DNA from: Phycisphaerae bacterium
GTDB lineage: Bacteria; Planctomycetota; Phycisphaerae; FEN-1346
Direction of reading: 5' to 3'
Length of the DNA: 45,842 nt
Assembly (NCBI GenBank): GCA_035530455.1
Contig: DATKUU010000172.1
Coordinates: 1 to 45,842 of the forward strand
Position numbers and translations under genes: made by a program. The notes beneath the pieces are model-generated. The model searched no databases and was not told the DNA's origin. It saw only the letters and a list, made by a program, of their open reading frames with translations. Within the stretch, counting starts at the first letter, position 1. The number at the start of each line of letters is the position of its first letter. Positions 35,701-44,047 of this stretch are shown here, piece by piece.

Positions 35701-36186
35701 CGCGATGGCACGTCCCAGAAACACCTGCTCGTAGCCGCGCGACCGCAAGCCGTCGATCGCCTCGGCGTCAACTCCGAACAGGCACACGACGTCCGCCCGG
35801 TCGTTCTCCCCCCAGGCGTTGAGGAACTCTATTCCGTCCAAGCCGAGAGCTTCGGGCATCACCTCGAAGGCCTCGCCCAGGGTTCCCAGGAACTCGGTCG
35901 CCGGAGGGGTGCAGGCGACGCGAACCCGGGGCCCTTCGTCCTCAGCAGCGGCGAGTGGTTCCGCCCTGGCTTGGGAGGGGACGGAGGTCGAATCCTCGGC
36001 GAAGGCCCGGGCGCCCCCGAGGACCAACCAGAGGCCCGGCAGGATCGAAGCCAACGCCATCAACAACCAGCCAATCCGGCGACGTTGCACGCGCCACATG
36101 CTAGGATTCATCCCGCGGCTCAGCGACCGTTCAGACGACTCCGAAGCCCAAACATCGCCCTGACCCCCTATCGCCGGACCGGCCAT
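32797..36186 (-). CDS. exported 1129-aa protein: PstS-like periplasmic-binding domain, two CsgG/LpoB-like modules and a large helical C-terminal region
   Basis: ATG 36186 lies 6 nt after AAGGAG, which sits in the end of the upstream gene (stop TAA 36192-36190). TM/signal segment IGWLLMALASILPGLWLVLGGARAFA. PBP_like_2-type motif IAGWRGCVVVHPDSPLHEIDTDTLAAVVAGEITSWKALGGPDRPLHLV. Module example: VVALLPTLDLTG...ILAGIEASRRVTLVDRAELVRVLDEHVTLL. Confidence 0.8.
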   Translation of the reverse strand: MAGPAIGGQGDVWASESSERSLSRGMNPSMWRVQRRRIGWLLMALASILPGLWLVLGGARAFAEDSTSVPSQARAEPLAAAEDEGPRVRVACTPPATEFLGTLGEAFEVMPEALGLDGIEFLNAWGENDRADVVCLFGVDAEAIDGLRSRGYEQVFLGRAIAGWRGCVVVHPDSPLHEIDTDTLAAVVAGEITSWKALGGPDRPLHLVRGGQSFNLYVPLKELLDAAGRRTRPPKMDGFNDSWGAMTAVASDPEAIGFLFPERPVDVLDSGLRILTVRSSQGEERRNPFNDRIWLGVRPGASATARAFAQFVRDRLLVGGRYHLKVFYWCGHIAAKDDAPAEEVVSPAPGAPLPPDNLTAVVALLPTLDLTGFRPLGGDAFLDAWEREILAGIEASRRVTLVDRAELVRVLDEHVTLLLGEAPREPVGAILTAEVLVRPARVTIGHRDYLEVQAVHAATGTLLGRLALPADPVRPTEFEPTLRDRVAAWWPTVLGRLHEARTRLVVTVRGIYPGESDLERAQRVRHRLEGGLADDRGFFLATYEPAEDARIEVLLRLMGLSRTGAARFTPAADYVLEGRLVSPQRLSLHLCRTCDGREMATALVTGPTDDKLASQALAWARTGLRAAAEEPLPPSAGPEWPDEWAAEQYRIEFDKAEALGRQIELLDQRWEQEYLRKSRELMALGIYQHSGFQRPPEDQWQRHRLSQERIRHLERAAQLDPTWEDAAYGAAMAYRINYNDACQAMDDLPAFLRAAERYLNMFQRSNRYIEVLTPYRIALQQIVGERGRSKRAGESAVDTLYYQRLLGALHAYHERFTLNGKEHRDYAYYNFFNHLHILRQYLRYRYGRPDPAVVEPLVQDWSRRYDDHPDKVLHSEFVRLMVDELRSDKAAFLGRLRRLQERWPDPNHPQWQLMFMGLYFQSAVGQLFRVDTKRNSFAQWLRGERGIGDLPWAGYNPELDEQPCTESLGFMTANVPKKVYDAISRTSYEYTQLHPHVSRGFNTFSSVHHALQSGYILVAVGPLPADELPAIKELYSGDVATKELLKFKDLYDGDLPVHRLGLFRDAPDSAPQEILIVAPPGRGTYVVLNDFLRFLHGPQGAEAMAKFGVTVSAGDTATEKPPPNQSNQP

Positions 36187-36189
36187 TGG

Positions 36190-39100
36190 TTACTCCTTGT
36201 CGTCGTCGGCCTGGGAGCGGAGGGCTTCTTCAGATTTCGCACGCTGACCGGCTTTTTGCATCCGCTCTATCTCTGCAAGCATTTCCTTCACCTTGTCCGG
36301 GGCGATGCCGGCGCCGAGCGCCTCCAGGAGGTGTTTCCTCGCCCGGTCAAAACCCTGATCGAAAAGGGCTTGCGACGCGCGGCCCAGGGGCGTGTCGGGG
36401 CAATGCACTCGGACCGGCTGGTCCCCCGCGGGTGCGGGTTGGTCGAGGACCCACGTCGTCTTGGGAATGCGGCCGAACTCCTTCCCGGTCACGTACAGAA
36501 AATCACCGAAGGGCTGGGCGTGAAGGAAAGGAGCCGTCGTTCGGACCGGGGCCGAGAAAGCCCCCTTCTTCACATCAAAGGCTGTGATGAACGTGGCTGC
36601 ATCCTCGGCCTGGCTGAGATAATAGTCGATGTACCCGACGGGGCTCTGGTCGCGGCGGGGGTAACTCACATCGCGTTTGCTGACGATCCATACCAGATCG
36701 GGATTCCGGTCATCGGCGATGACTTCCTTGACGATACACGGCGGCAGGGGGCAGTTGCCCTCGACCCACGTCACCAGGCTTTTCCAGTAGCAGAAGCCCG
36801 CCGGGTACCACAGCCGCTGCGGCTTGCCGTCGCTAGCGATGAGGACAAGGCCCCGTTCCGTCGCCACATAGAGGCCCTCCGGCCGCGCCAGCAGGCGGCG
36901 CCGGCCGACACGGCCGGCGTTGTAGTGGCGCGAGGGGGGCCGGAAAAATTCCGGCACGGGATACAGACGCCGCAAGTCATCTTCTGTCACCATACGCTGG
37001 GGCTTCTTGCCGGCCGGATCGAGGATCGTCAACTCCGTCGGCTCGTAACGCAGGAAGCACAGGTCCCCCGCGACCATCGCCAGCCCTTCGGTCCATCGGG
37101 GCACTTTGTCCTTATGGAGGAAGACCTTGCCGGCCGTATAGCGGCTGAGGAACCCGTCGCCGGTCACCCAGACGTCGGGGCCGTCGGCGGCCAGGCCCCA
37201 GACCCAGTCCGAGCCCAGGCCTTCTTTCATGCCCAGGAACTGCCAGGAGTCGGCCTCGACGTCGTAGATGGCCACGCCTTGCTGATAGGAGAGGGCGAAG
37301 AACACCTCCTTGCCCACCTGGGCGGCGTCAATGATGAAGTGGGCGACGTCCTGCATTCTCTCGGGCAGCGCGATGGGCCGCCACCGACCCTGAGCCGGCA
37401 AGAGAGCAAGCGTGAGGTTCTTGTCGGCCGTGATCCCTTGCATCCAGAGGCCCGCGGCCGTTCGGCGCACCACGAAACTGTAGAGAAGGTCGCCCGGCGC
37501 CCCTTCGACCGGCTGGGGCGTGATAACGGGGCACTCGAGACGCCCGAGTAGAAACCGGTCGGCGCCCCCGAGATAGTATCCCCAGACGTCCTCGCCGCCG
37601 GCGTCCGGATCCTCAAAGGCCTGGCCGTAGAGTTCGGCGATCTTCGGCCCGCCCTTCCAGCGGCGCTCCTGCCATTCGATGCGGGCGATGACCCGGTCGC
37701 GCTGCTCAGGGTCCAGTCGCTCGGCCGCCTGGCGCCACCAGCCTCCCCGGTTCGCGGCGGTGATGGAGTTGAACTCGTATTCACCCGGCGCCTGGGTCAC
37801 GAACGCGTCGTAAAGGTACGGGGCCGCTTCGTCGAGGTTCCCCAGTTGGGCGTATGCGGCAGCCACTTTGTAAGGGAAGAGCGAGAGGTACTTTTTCTCG
37901 GTGTACAGTCCATCCATCCACTTCAGGAAGGCGAGCCGCCCGGCCGGATGCGCATCCCACCAGTCTGAGAAACGGTATTTCGGCCAACAGATTTCCGGCG
38001 GGTTGACCGGGTCCAGGCTGTGGCGCCATCGGACGCAGTCCGTCATGAGTGCGCGGTGCTCCTCCCACGGCTCTTGTTGAAACTTCGCCGCCAAGTGAAT
38101 CATGGCGTAGCGGTAGGCCCATTTGCCCTTCTCGGGGGCGATGTCCGGGAACCTCAGGTAGGTCTTCAGGACGTCAACGACCTGCCTGGAGGCCTGGGGC
38201 GTCCATGGAAATCCCGCCGGATCGCCACGGATGAGGGCGTCCAAGGAGATGCCGAGGCAGTAGTACGCCTCCTTGGCCGAGGGGTCCAGGTAGATGATGC
38301 GTCGGGCGGTTTCGACCTGCCGCCGATGGTCTTCCAATGATGCGATAAACGCGAGCGGCTTGAGGTCGGCCATGAGGCGCGCCGCTTCGATCTTCTGCTC
38401 GGCGAGCATCCAGTCCTGGCCCGGCCCCTTTGCGCCGCTCGAAGGAATAATTCGCTCCAGTTCCGGCAAGAGGTCCTTCATGCCGGCAAGCGTAAACGGG
38501 ATGACGCGGTCGGCCGCCGCACCGCCCTTCGGAGCGACGGTCAGGCGGAGTCGGATGGGCGTGCGTTCGAAGGGCGTGTCGCCGGAGGGCGTCTCGGTGA
38601 GCGTGGCGGCGACCACCAGGTCGGCGGCCTCGGCCAGGACGGCGGCGTCGGGCCGCACCAGGCCGGAGACGCCCAGCGCCGTCTCGCCGGCCAGGACGCC
38701 TGCATAGCGGCGCCGCAGGACGCGGTAGCCCTTGGCCTCGAGCATGTCCTCCAGGATGCCGCGCAGCGAGTCCTCCAGGAATTCCAGCCGCCGGGACTCG
38801 CTCTTGTTGGTCACCGAGAGGACTGTTGCAGAGGGCCGGTCCCTGGACTGTTCGGCCTCGTGGATGCAGGCCTTCAGGCCGGCCACGATCTCCGGAACCC
38901 ATGCCGGGGCCGCGGCGTCGTCCTGGGGCAGGCCCAGGGCGACCGCTTTTTCGTACAGCACATTCCCGCTGCCGACCTCGATGCACAGCAGGCCGAGCGT
39001 CGGGCGAGGTCCGCCGGTCTGAGGCACGGCATAGACCAGATAACTCGCGCCGAGCATGCGTCCTGTCTGCACGGGCGCCCGGACCGCGCCGGAAAGCGAC

Positions 39101-39330
39101 AACGCGTGCTCGCGGAGGACCTTCGAAATGTGATCGCGGTCGAGGACCCGGAACTCGGCGTCGGCCTCGAGCGCCGTGGCCAGACGAGCGCGGATGGCCT
39201 CCGCCTCGGCCCCTGCGGGCTCGATGAGGATCGCCAGCGTCACGGCCGGGCGAGACGGCGTTTCCTCGGCTGCGGCCCCCGTCGCGGCCAGGACGAGAAT
39301 CGCCAGCCAAACACCGCCGCGTCGGACCAT
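36190..39330 (-). CDS. exported 1046-aa protein: two CsgG/LpoB-like modules, a helical region and a beta-propeller-like region
   Basis: ATG 39330 lies 5 nt after GAGGAG. Signal MVRRGGVWLAILVLAATGAAAEE. Module 1: VTLAILIEP...LEADAEFRVLDRDHISKVLREHALSLSG...GRMLGASYLVY. Module 2: TVLSVTNKSES...LEAKGYRVLRRR. Propeller-like repeats: GLWMQGITADKNLTL, GVAIYDVEADSWQF, DVWVTGDGFLSRY, GLYVATERGLVLIASDG. Confidence 0.8.
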   Translation of the reverse strand: MVRRGGVWLAILVLAATGAAAEETPSRPAVTLAILIEPAGAEAEAIRARLATALEADAEFRVLDRDHISKVLREHALSLSGAVRAPVQTGRMLGASYLVYAVPQTGGPRPTLGLLCIEVGSGNVLYEKAVALGLPQDDAAAPAWVPEIVAGLKACIHEAEQSRDRPSATVLSVTNKSESRRLEFLEDSLRGILEDMLEAKGYRVLRRRYAGVLAGETALGVSGLVRPDAAVLAEAADLVVAATLTETPSGDTPFERTPIRLRLTVAPKGGAAADRVIPFTLAGMKDLLPELERIIPSSGAKGPGQDWMLAEQKIEAARLMADLKPLAFIASLEDHRRQVETARRIIYLDPSAKEAYYCLGISLDALIRGDPAGFPWTPQASRQVVDVLKTYLRFPDIAPEKGKWAYRYAMIHLAAKFQQEPWEEHRALMTDCVRWRHSLDPVNPPEICWPKYRFSDWWDAHPAGRLAFLKWMDGLYTEKKYLSLFPYKVAAAYAQLGNLDEAAPYLYDAFVTQAPGEYEFNSITAANRGGWWRQAAERLDPEQRDRVIARIEWQERRWKGGPKIAELYGQAFEDPDAGGEDVWGYYLGGADRFLLGRLECPVITPQPVEGAPGDLLYSFVVRRTAAGLWMQGITADKNLTLALLPAQGRWRPIALPERMQDVAHFIIDAAQVGKEVFFALSYQQGVAIYDVEADSWQFLGMKEGLGSDWVWGLAADGPDVWVTGDGFLSRYTAGKVFLHKDKVPRWTEGLAMVAGDLCFLRYEPTELTILDPAGKKPQRMVTEDDLRRLYPVPEFFRPPSRHYNAGRVGRRRLLARPEGLYVATERGLVLIASDGKPQRLWYPAGFCYWKSLVTWVEGNCPLPPCIVKEVIADDRNPDLVWIVSKRDVSYPRRDQSPVGYIDYYLSQAEDAATFITAFDVKKGAFSAPVRTTAPFLHAQPFGDFLYVTGKEFGRIPKTTWVLDQPAPAGDQPVRVHCPDTPLGRASQALFDQGFDRARKHLLEALGAGIAPDKVKEMLAEIERMQKAGQRAKSEEALRSQADDDKE

Positions 39331-39383
39331 GACTTCTCCTCGATCGGATGGCGCCTCGTTAACGCCCGCGACCTGCGGCCGGC

Positions 39384-42300
39384 TCAGTCCGGTTTGCTGA
39401 ACAGCGGGTTGCCTCGGATTTCGTCGCCGCGGCCTTCTTTTTCCAGGTACCAGCGGAGGATGCCCGCGGCTTCGTCGTGGACATACCTGCCAAGGTACTT
39501 TAGGTAGGGTTTCTCTCGCCAGTTCTCCTGGAGTTCGGGTATCTCTCCGTGTACGTACGCCCAGGCCGCTTTCTCGAACGCCTCCTTCTGGTTGGTGTAG
39601 TACAGCGCCCGCAGGTACGCCTTCACACGTGGAGGCGCCACATGATAGAGAGTGACGTTGCGCAGGGGGCTTTCTTTCCAGAGGCGCGGCACGAGTTCGG
39701 CCAGTTCCTTCCATTGGCCTGCTTGCTGCATATAGTAAAGCATGGTGCATTCCGCACTGGGCCGGTCCAATTTGCCGGGGTCTTCGGTGAAGGGCATGAA
39801 CACTGCGGCGGCTTCGTCGTAGGCGCCGAGTTCGCCCAAGGCAGTGCTCAGACGAATCGCTTTTTCAGGCGAGCCCTGCGCAGTCGCTTCAACGGCCGCT
39901 TGCTTATAAGCATCCAGGACACGGCGCCGCAGGTCGGGATTGGCGCGGGCATCGGCAAACCTCATCAGATACGCAGCCTGTTGAAGGGGCGGCTGCTGGT
40001 CAAGCCAAGCCTCCAGGCGCCGCCGGACCTCCTCGCGGATCTCCTCGGAACTGCGAAACGCGTCGGGCCGGCGCACGAGACCCCGCAGCGTTTCCATCGG
40101 CACAAGGACCACCGTGTCCTGGTTGCTTACGAACAGCGTGTCCGTCGTGCGGGCGAGGCTGTGGCCCGAGGGGGCCACCTTCAGCGGCCCGAGGAATGAA
40201 TCCCCGTCCCGGGTGGCGCTCAGGCACCCGCTCGCGTCCAGCACCCACAACGCATCGCCGTCGCTGAACACGTCGGTAGGATAGCCCTGGAGGGGGGCCA
40301 TCCGCATCGTCCGGCAAATCTTCGGGTTCCAGAGCCATTCATGCCTATCCGGTGTGTACACGGAAAGGTTCGCCGGCGGGAAATAAAGAGGCGAATAATC
40401 CCCCGTCGCCTCGTCGAGCAAGTACAACGGGTCCTGGGAGTCCCAGTACCGCTCGTGGAAGAGCACGAGCCGTTCGGTTGCCGCCACAAGCGAGGGCTGG
40501 AAAGAATAGGCGCCGATGACCCGGTCCTCTTCCCACTGGCCGGAGGCCGGGTCGAACCGGCTCAGGCGATCGGGGCGGTTCCCGTCGCCCGTGCACTCCG
40601 GGTGGAAGACGCGCCACGGTTCCGCGTCGCGCGGAAGGAGGCGGCGGACATAGCCGCACGACTTCGGCGCCATCCAGACCGTCCACTGGTTCCGGCCTTC
40701 CGTCAGCCGCGCGATGTAGCCCGCCTTCTCCCCTCCGCCGGCGGCATACAACGCGCCGTCGCGCACGACCAGGGAATAGACCGACCCGTCCGGAAAACCG
40801 TCGGTTACCTTCGTCGTTTTCCCCGTCGCGGGATCAACGGCGTACAGGCCGTGCTGTTCGGCCCCGACGTACACGCGCCCGCCGAACGACGCGATCGGCG
40901 GCCGCATGACGTAACTTATATAGATCGTGCCGGGCGGGTAGAGCGGAGGAATCCCGTCGAGGGCGATCGGCTCCGAGTCACCGATCCGCCACAGGAAGTA
41001 CTCCTGACCGTTTCGCAGGACTGCCCACGGCGTCCCCCCTTCAGCCGAGACGGACATAGCACGGCCCTTGGGTACGCGATGGCTGACGAGGCCCTCCAGG
41101 GGCCTGGCATCCACGAGGACGGTCGAACCCCAGGGCGGCAGGACAAGTTGACTTTCGATCCCTTGGGAGGTCTCTTTTTCCTGCGCCGCTTTCCGCGCCG
41201 CCCCTTCGATGATGGGGCGCCACCGGTCGCACTGTTCCGACGCTTTCAGGACGTCGACGCGTTTGTTCAGGTGCAGGTCCCCCACATCATAGCCGGGGTA
41301 CATTTCCTGCATGAACTCCGCCGCCTTCAAGGCCCATTCGAACTGTCCGTAATCAATGGCCATCCAAACCAGACAACTGAACGGGGACCAGCCGCACAGT
41401 TGTGCGTCCGGCATTGCCGCCACGCACAGGTCGAATGCCTTGTCGGGCCGACCCGCCATCACCAACACGCGGACAGCCGGCTTGATGTCACCCGAGCGGG
41501 CGTCGCCGATTCGGTTACGCCCCTGAATGAGGCTGTCAGCCAAGCGTATGGCCAGCGCGGCCGCTCGCTGAAAATCGTCCTTGTTGATCTTTTCGAGGTC
41601 GGAGAAGCCATGAGTGAGGAACACCAGTTCGCGCCCGACCGCTTCCGGCCAGAGCGGGTGCTCAGGGAAGGCCTCGATGAATTGCCGGCGAATCACGACA
41701 GCCGGGTCGTCCGGCTCGCGCCAGACTAGACCCTTGGTCGGCACCCGCTTATGTATCCAACTGCGCATCACCTTGCAGGTCACCTCGTAGGGCTCGGGGG
41801 AATCGGGAATGAGGATGGCGGCCTTGAGGACCAGGGCGCTCGCCACCTCGGAGTTAGCCTGCAGCAACTCGTACGTGGCCGTCATTTGCTTCGCCAGCAC
41901 GAGGTATTTCTGGGCCTCCCAGTACCGCCGCGCCCGATCGTCCGTCTCGACGGCCGGCGGGGCGGGCGTGCCGGTCAGCGCGGCTATGGCCTCCGCGAGG
42001 CGCTGGACGGCCTCGGTCTCCATCGCCGCCGCCCCGGCCAAAATGCCGGCGACGCGGATTTCCTTCTCCTCCCCGCCGCGCGAGACCTTCAGTTCCAGCG
42101 CGAGTTGCGACTGGTCCACCGCCTTGCCGCTCGGAAACGTCTGCGTCAGGTTTCCGTGGACGGCGATTGCGCCGGCGACGGGGGCGAATGTGCGCTCCGG
42201 GTCCACCAGGCCCGCCGCCGCCAGCGACGCCTCGACCAGGACGAACTCCCCGAGCTCGCGGTGCAGAATGCGCACGTTAGGCATCGCCGCCAGCCGTTCG

Positions 42301-42986
42301 GCCAGGCGGGTGCGAAGCCCCTCGGCCAGCCCGCCCTCCCCGGGAAACGGACTCTCGTGCTCGATCGGCAGCAGGGCGACGTCCACGGCCTCCGGCCGGC
42401 GCACCAGGTGCTCCGGCAGCGCCCGGACGAAGCGTCGCACGGCCTGCCGCACGTCCGCCTCGTCGGAGACCGTGGCGGAGTGCGACAGCGGCACGTTCCC
42501 GGTCGCGGTCTCCACGGCGTCGAGCGTCAGGCGAACGCCGTCGGCCTGGGGCGCGAGGCGCGAGGCGATCAGGATTTCGGCCCCGACGATCCGGCCGGCC
42601 TGAAGGTCCTTGCGGCCGAGGTGGCTGAGGACGATCTCGTCCAAAATCCGCCCGAGCTGCGTCCGGTCAACGATCTCGGCGTTGGGGAGCGAAGCGGTCT
42701 CGGCGTCCAGGGTCTGTTCGACCGCGCCGCGAAGGTTCTCATCGGCGCCGGGCAGACGGACTGTCACCGGCAGCAACCCGATGGACCACGCGCGGTCGGC
42801 CCCGGGTTCGGTGCCGGCCGGGGTTGCTGCCCGCACCGGCGGCACCGCCAGAGCGCCTGCGGCCACGGCGCAGACCAGACGTTCCGGCGCGGCCTCCTGT
42901 GCCGGCGCCGCCTCGGCCCGGGCCGCCAACAGCACCAGCGCTGCGCCAACCCACCAGGCCGGATGCTCTGGCCCGCGACGTATCAC
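39384..42986 (-). CDS. exported 1200-aa protein: two CsgG/LpoB-like modules, a helical region and a beta-propeller-like region
   Basis: GTG 42986 overlaps the upstream stop (GTGA, 42986-42983). Signal VIRRGPEHPAWWVGAALVLLAARAEA. Module 1: WSIGLLPVTV...LPNAEIVDRTQLGRILDEIVLSHLG...GRIVGAEILIASRL. Module 2: VDVALLPIEHES...MPNVRILHRELGEFVLVEASL. Propeller-like repeats: HGLYAVDPATGKTTKV, SVYSLVVRDGALYAAGG, DALWVLDASGCL, DTLFVSNQDTVVLV. Confidence 0.8.
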   Translation of the reverse strand: MIRRGPEHPAWWVGAALVLLAARAEAAPAQEAAPERLVCAVAAGALAVPPVRAATPAGTEPGADRAWSIGLLPVTVRLPGADENLRGAVEQTLDAETASLPNAEIVDRTQLGRILDEIVLSHLGRKDLQAGRIVGAEILIASRLAPQADGVRLTLDAVETATGNVPLSHSATVSDEADVRQAVRRFVRALPEHLVRRPEAVDVALLPIEHESPFPGEGGLAEGLRTRLAERLAAMPNVRILHRELGEFVLVEASLAAAGLVDPERTFAPVAGAIAVHGNLTQTFPSGKAVDQSQLALELKVSRGGEEKEIRVAGILAGAAAMETEAVQRLAEAIAALTGTPAPPAVETDDRARRYWEAQKYLVLAKQMTATYELLQANSEVASALVLKAAILIPDSPEPYEVTCKVMRSWIHKRVPTKGLVWREPDDPAVVIRRQFIEAFPEHPLWPEAVGRELVFLTHGFSDLEKINKDDFQRAAALAIRLADSLIQGRNRIGDARSGDIKPAVRVLVMAGRPDKAFDLCVAAMPDAQLCGWSPFSCLVWMAIDYGQFEWALKAAEFMQEMYPGYDVGDLHLNKRVDVLKASEQCDRWRPIIEGAARKAAQEKETSQGIESQLVLPPWGSTVLVDARPLEGLVSHRVPKGRAMSVSAEGGTPWAVLRNGQEYFLWRIGDSEPIALDGIPPLYPPGTIYISYVMRPPIASFGGRVYVGAEQHGLYAVDPATGKTTKVTDGFPDGSVYSLVVRDGALYAAGGGEKAGYIARLTEGRNQWTVWMAPKSCGYVRRLLPRDAEPWRVFHPECTGDGNRPDRLSRFDPASGQWEEDRVIGAYSFQPSLVAATERLVLFHERYWDSQDPLYLLDEATGDYSPLYFPPANLSVYTPDRHEWLWNPKICRTMRMAPLQGYPTDVFSDGDALWVLDASGCLSATRDGDSFLGPLKVAPSGHSLARTTDTLFVSNQDTVVLVPMETLRGLVRRPDAFRSSEEIREEVRRRLEAWLDQQPPLQQAAYLMRFADARANPDLRRRVLDAYKQAAVEATAQGSPEKAIRLSTALGELGAYDEAAAVFMPFTEDPGKLDRPSAECTMLYYMQQAGQWKELAELVPRLWKESPLRNVTLYHVAPPRVKAYLRALYYTNQKEAFEKAAWAYVHGEIPELQENWREKPYLKYLGRYVHDEAAGILRWYLEKEGRGDEIRGNPLFSKPD

Positions 42987-44047
42987 TTCTGCCCCCCCTG
43001 GCCGGCGGCAAACCGGGTGATGACGGCGTCGCAGGCCTGGACGCCGGCGTCTTCGAGGGCCGCCTTGGCGGCCAGGGCTTCCACCAGGTCCACGCGTGCG
43101 GCCACGCCCTTGTCGCTGATTGTGACGGTTCTGCCTGGGACGGCGATCAGGCGCAGTTCCACGCGGGCGCGGCAGGAGATCAGGCCCTCCATCGCGGCCG
43201 CATAGGCGCTGGTGCCTTCGCCCTCCAGCAGGAGGTCCACCTTTTGCTCGCCGTAGCGGCCGGTCTCCAGCAGCGCCTGCTTCCAACCGTCCACCGGGTC
43301 CTTGGGCACGATCACCTCGATCCCCAGCGCCTTGAGGCGGTTGGCGACGGCCATCTGGGCGGCGGGGTCGGCCAGCGGACGGTTCACGTGCGTTTCCGTC
43401 ACGTCCACGAGAATCACCTTGCCGATCAGTGCCTTGGCGGCCTCGCGGACCTTGGCCAGGGCGGCATCGTCCTCCGCTTCCAGGGGCTTCTGAAGTTCAC
43501 GGACCTGGGGCGTCAGAGAGTCCTTGAGCCGCTCCACCAGCGCCTCCAGGCCTTTCTCGGCGACGGCCTTGGCCGAGACGGTCGTCTGGACGGTCGTGGC
43601 CACGTCGACGATCTTGAGCACCAGGTAGTTGGTCTGCCCGATGCGGCTGGCCCGGCCGACGATGACGTAGTTGGCCGACAGGAACTTGCCGAGTTGCGCG
43701 GCGGAGGCGTTGTCCACCAGGCCCGCGAGCACCATCTTGTGCTCGTCGGCGATCTTCTTGATCTGGTCGCGATTGACGATCGTCACGTTGGGCATTTCCG
43801 CCAGCATCGTGTTGACCTGGTCGGTCAGAGCGGCCGGCTCCAGGTCCACGCCCTTGAGCACGTCGAAGTCGAATACGGCCACTCGGATGGCTCGCAGGTC
43901 TGCTTTGTCGGCTGCCTCGGTCGTGCTTTTGGCCGACGGGGCGGCAGCAGGCGTATCCTTTTCCTGCGCCCGTGCCTGGGCCACTCCCAACAGCAGGGCT
44001 GCGATGGCGATGCATGCGACACAAACGGAACGCCTGTAGGTAATCAT
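42983..44047 (-). CDS. exported 354-aa protein made of CsgG/LpoB-like alpha/beta modules
   Basis: ATG 44047 overlaps the upstream stop (ATGA, 44047-44044). Signal MITYRRSVCVACIAIAALLLGVAQARA. IRVAVFDFDVLKGVDLEPAALTDQVNTMLAEMPNVTIVNRDQIKKIADEHKMVLAGLVDNASAAQLGKFLSANYVIVGRASRIG..YLVLKIVDVATT matches the N-terminal domain pattern of CsgG/HfaB/LpoB-type proteins. The second half is similar but weaker. Confidence 0.85.
   Translation of the reverse strand: MITYRRSVCVACIAIAALLLGVAQARAQEKDTPAAAPSAKSTTEAADKADLRAIRVAVFDFDVLKGVDLEPAALTDQVNTMLAEMPNVTIVNRDQIKKIADEHKMVLAGLVDNASAAQLGKFLSANYVIVGRASRIGQTNYLVLKIVDVATTVQTTVSAKAVAEKGLEALVERLKDSLTPQVRELQKPLEAEDDAALAKVREAAKALIGKVILVDVTETHVNRPLADPAAQMAVANRLKALGIEVIVPKDPVDGWKQALLETGRYGEQKVDLLLEGEGTSAYAAAMEGLISCRARVELRLIAVPGRTVTISDKGVAARVDLVEALAAKAALEDAGVQACDAVITRFAAGQGGQK

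Noticed and set aside
34420-37551. 1043-aa plus-strand ORF spanning two operon genes
   Set aside because: It is antisense to two well-supported minus-strand CDS and crosses their junction. It is Arg/Pro/Gly-rich with no start context. This is typical stop-codon-poor antisense in GC-rich DNA.
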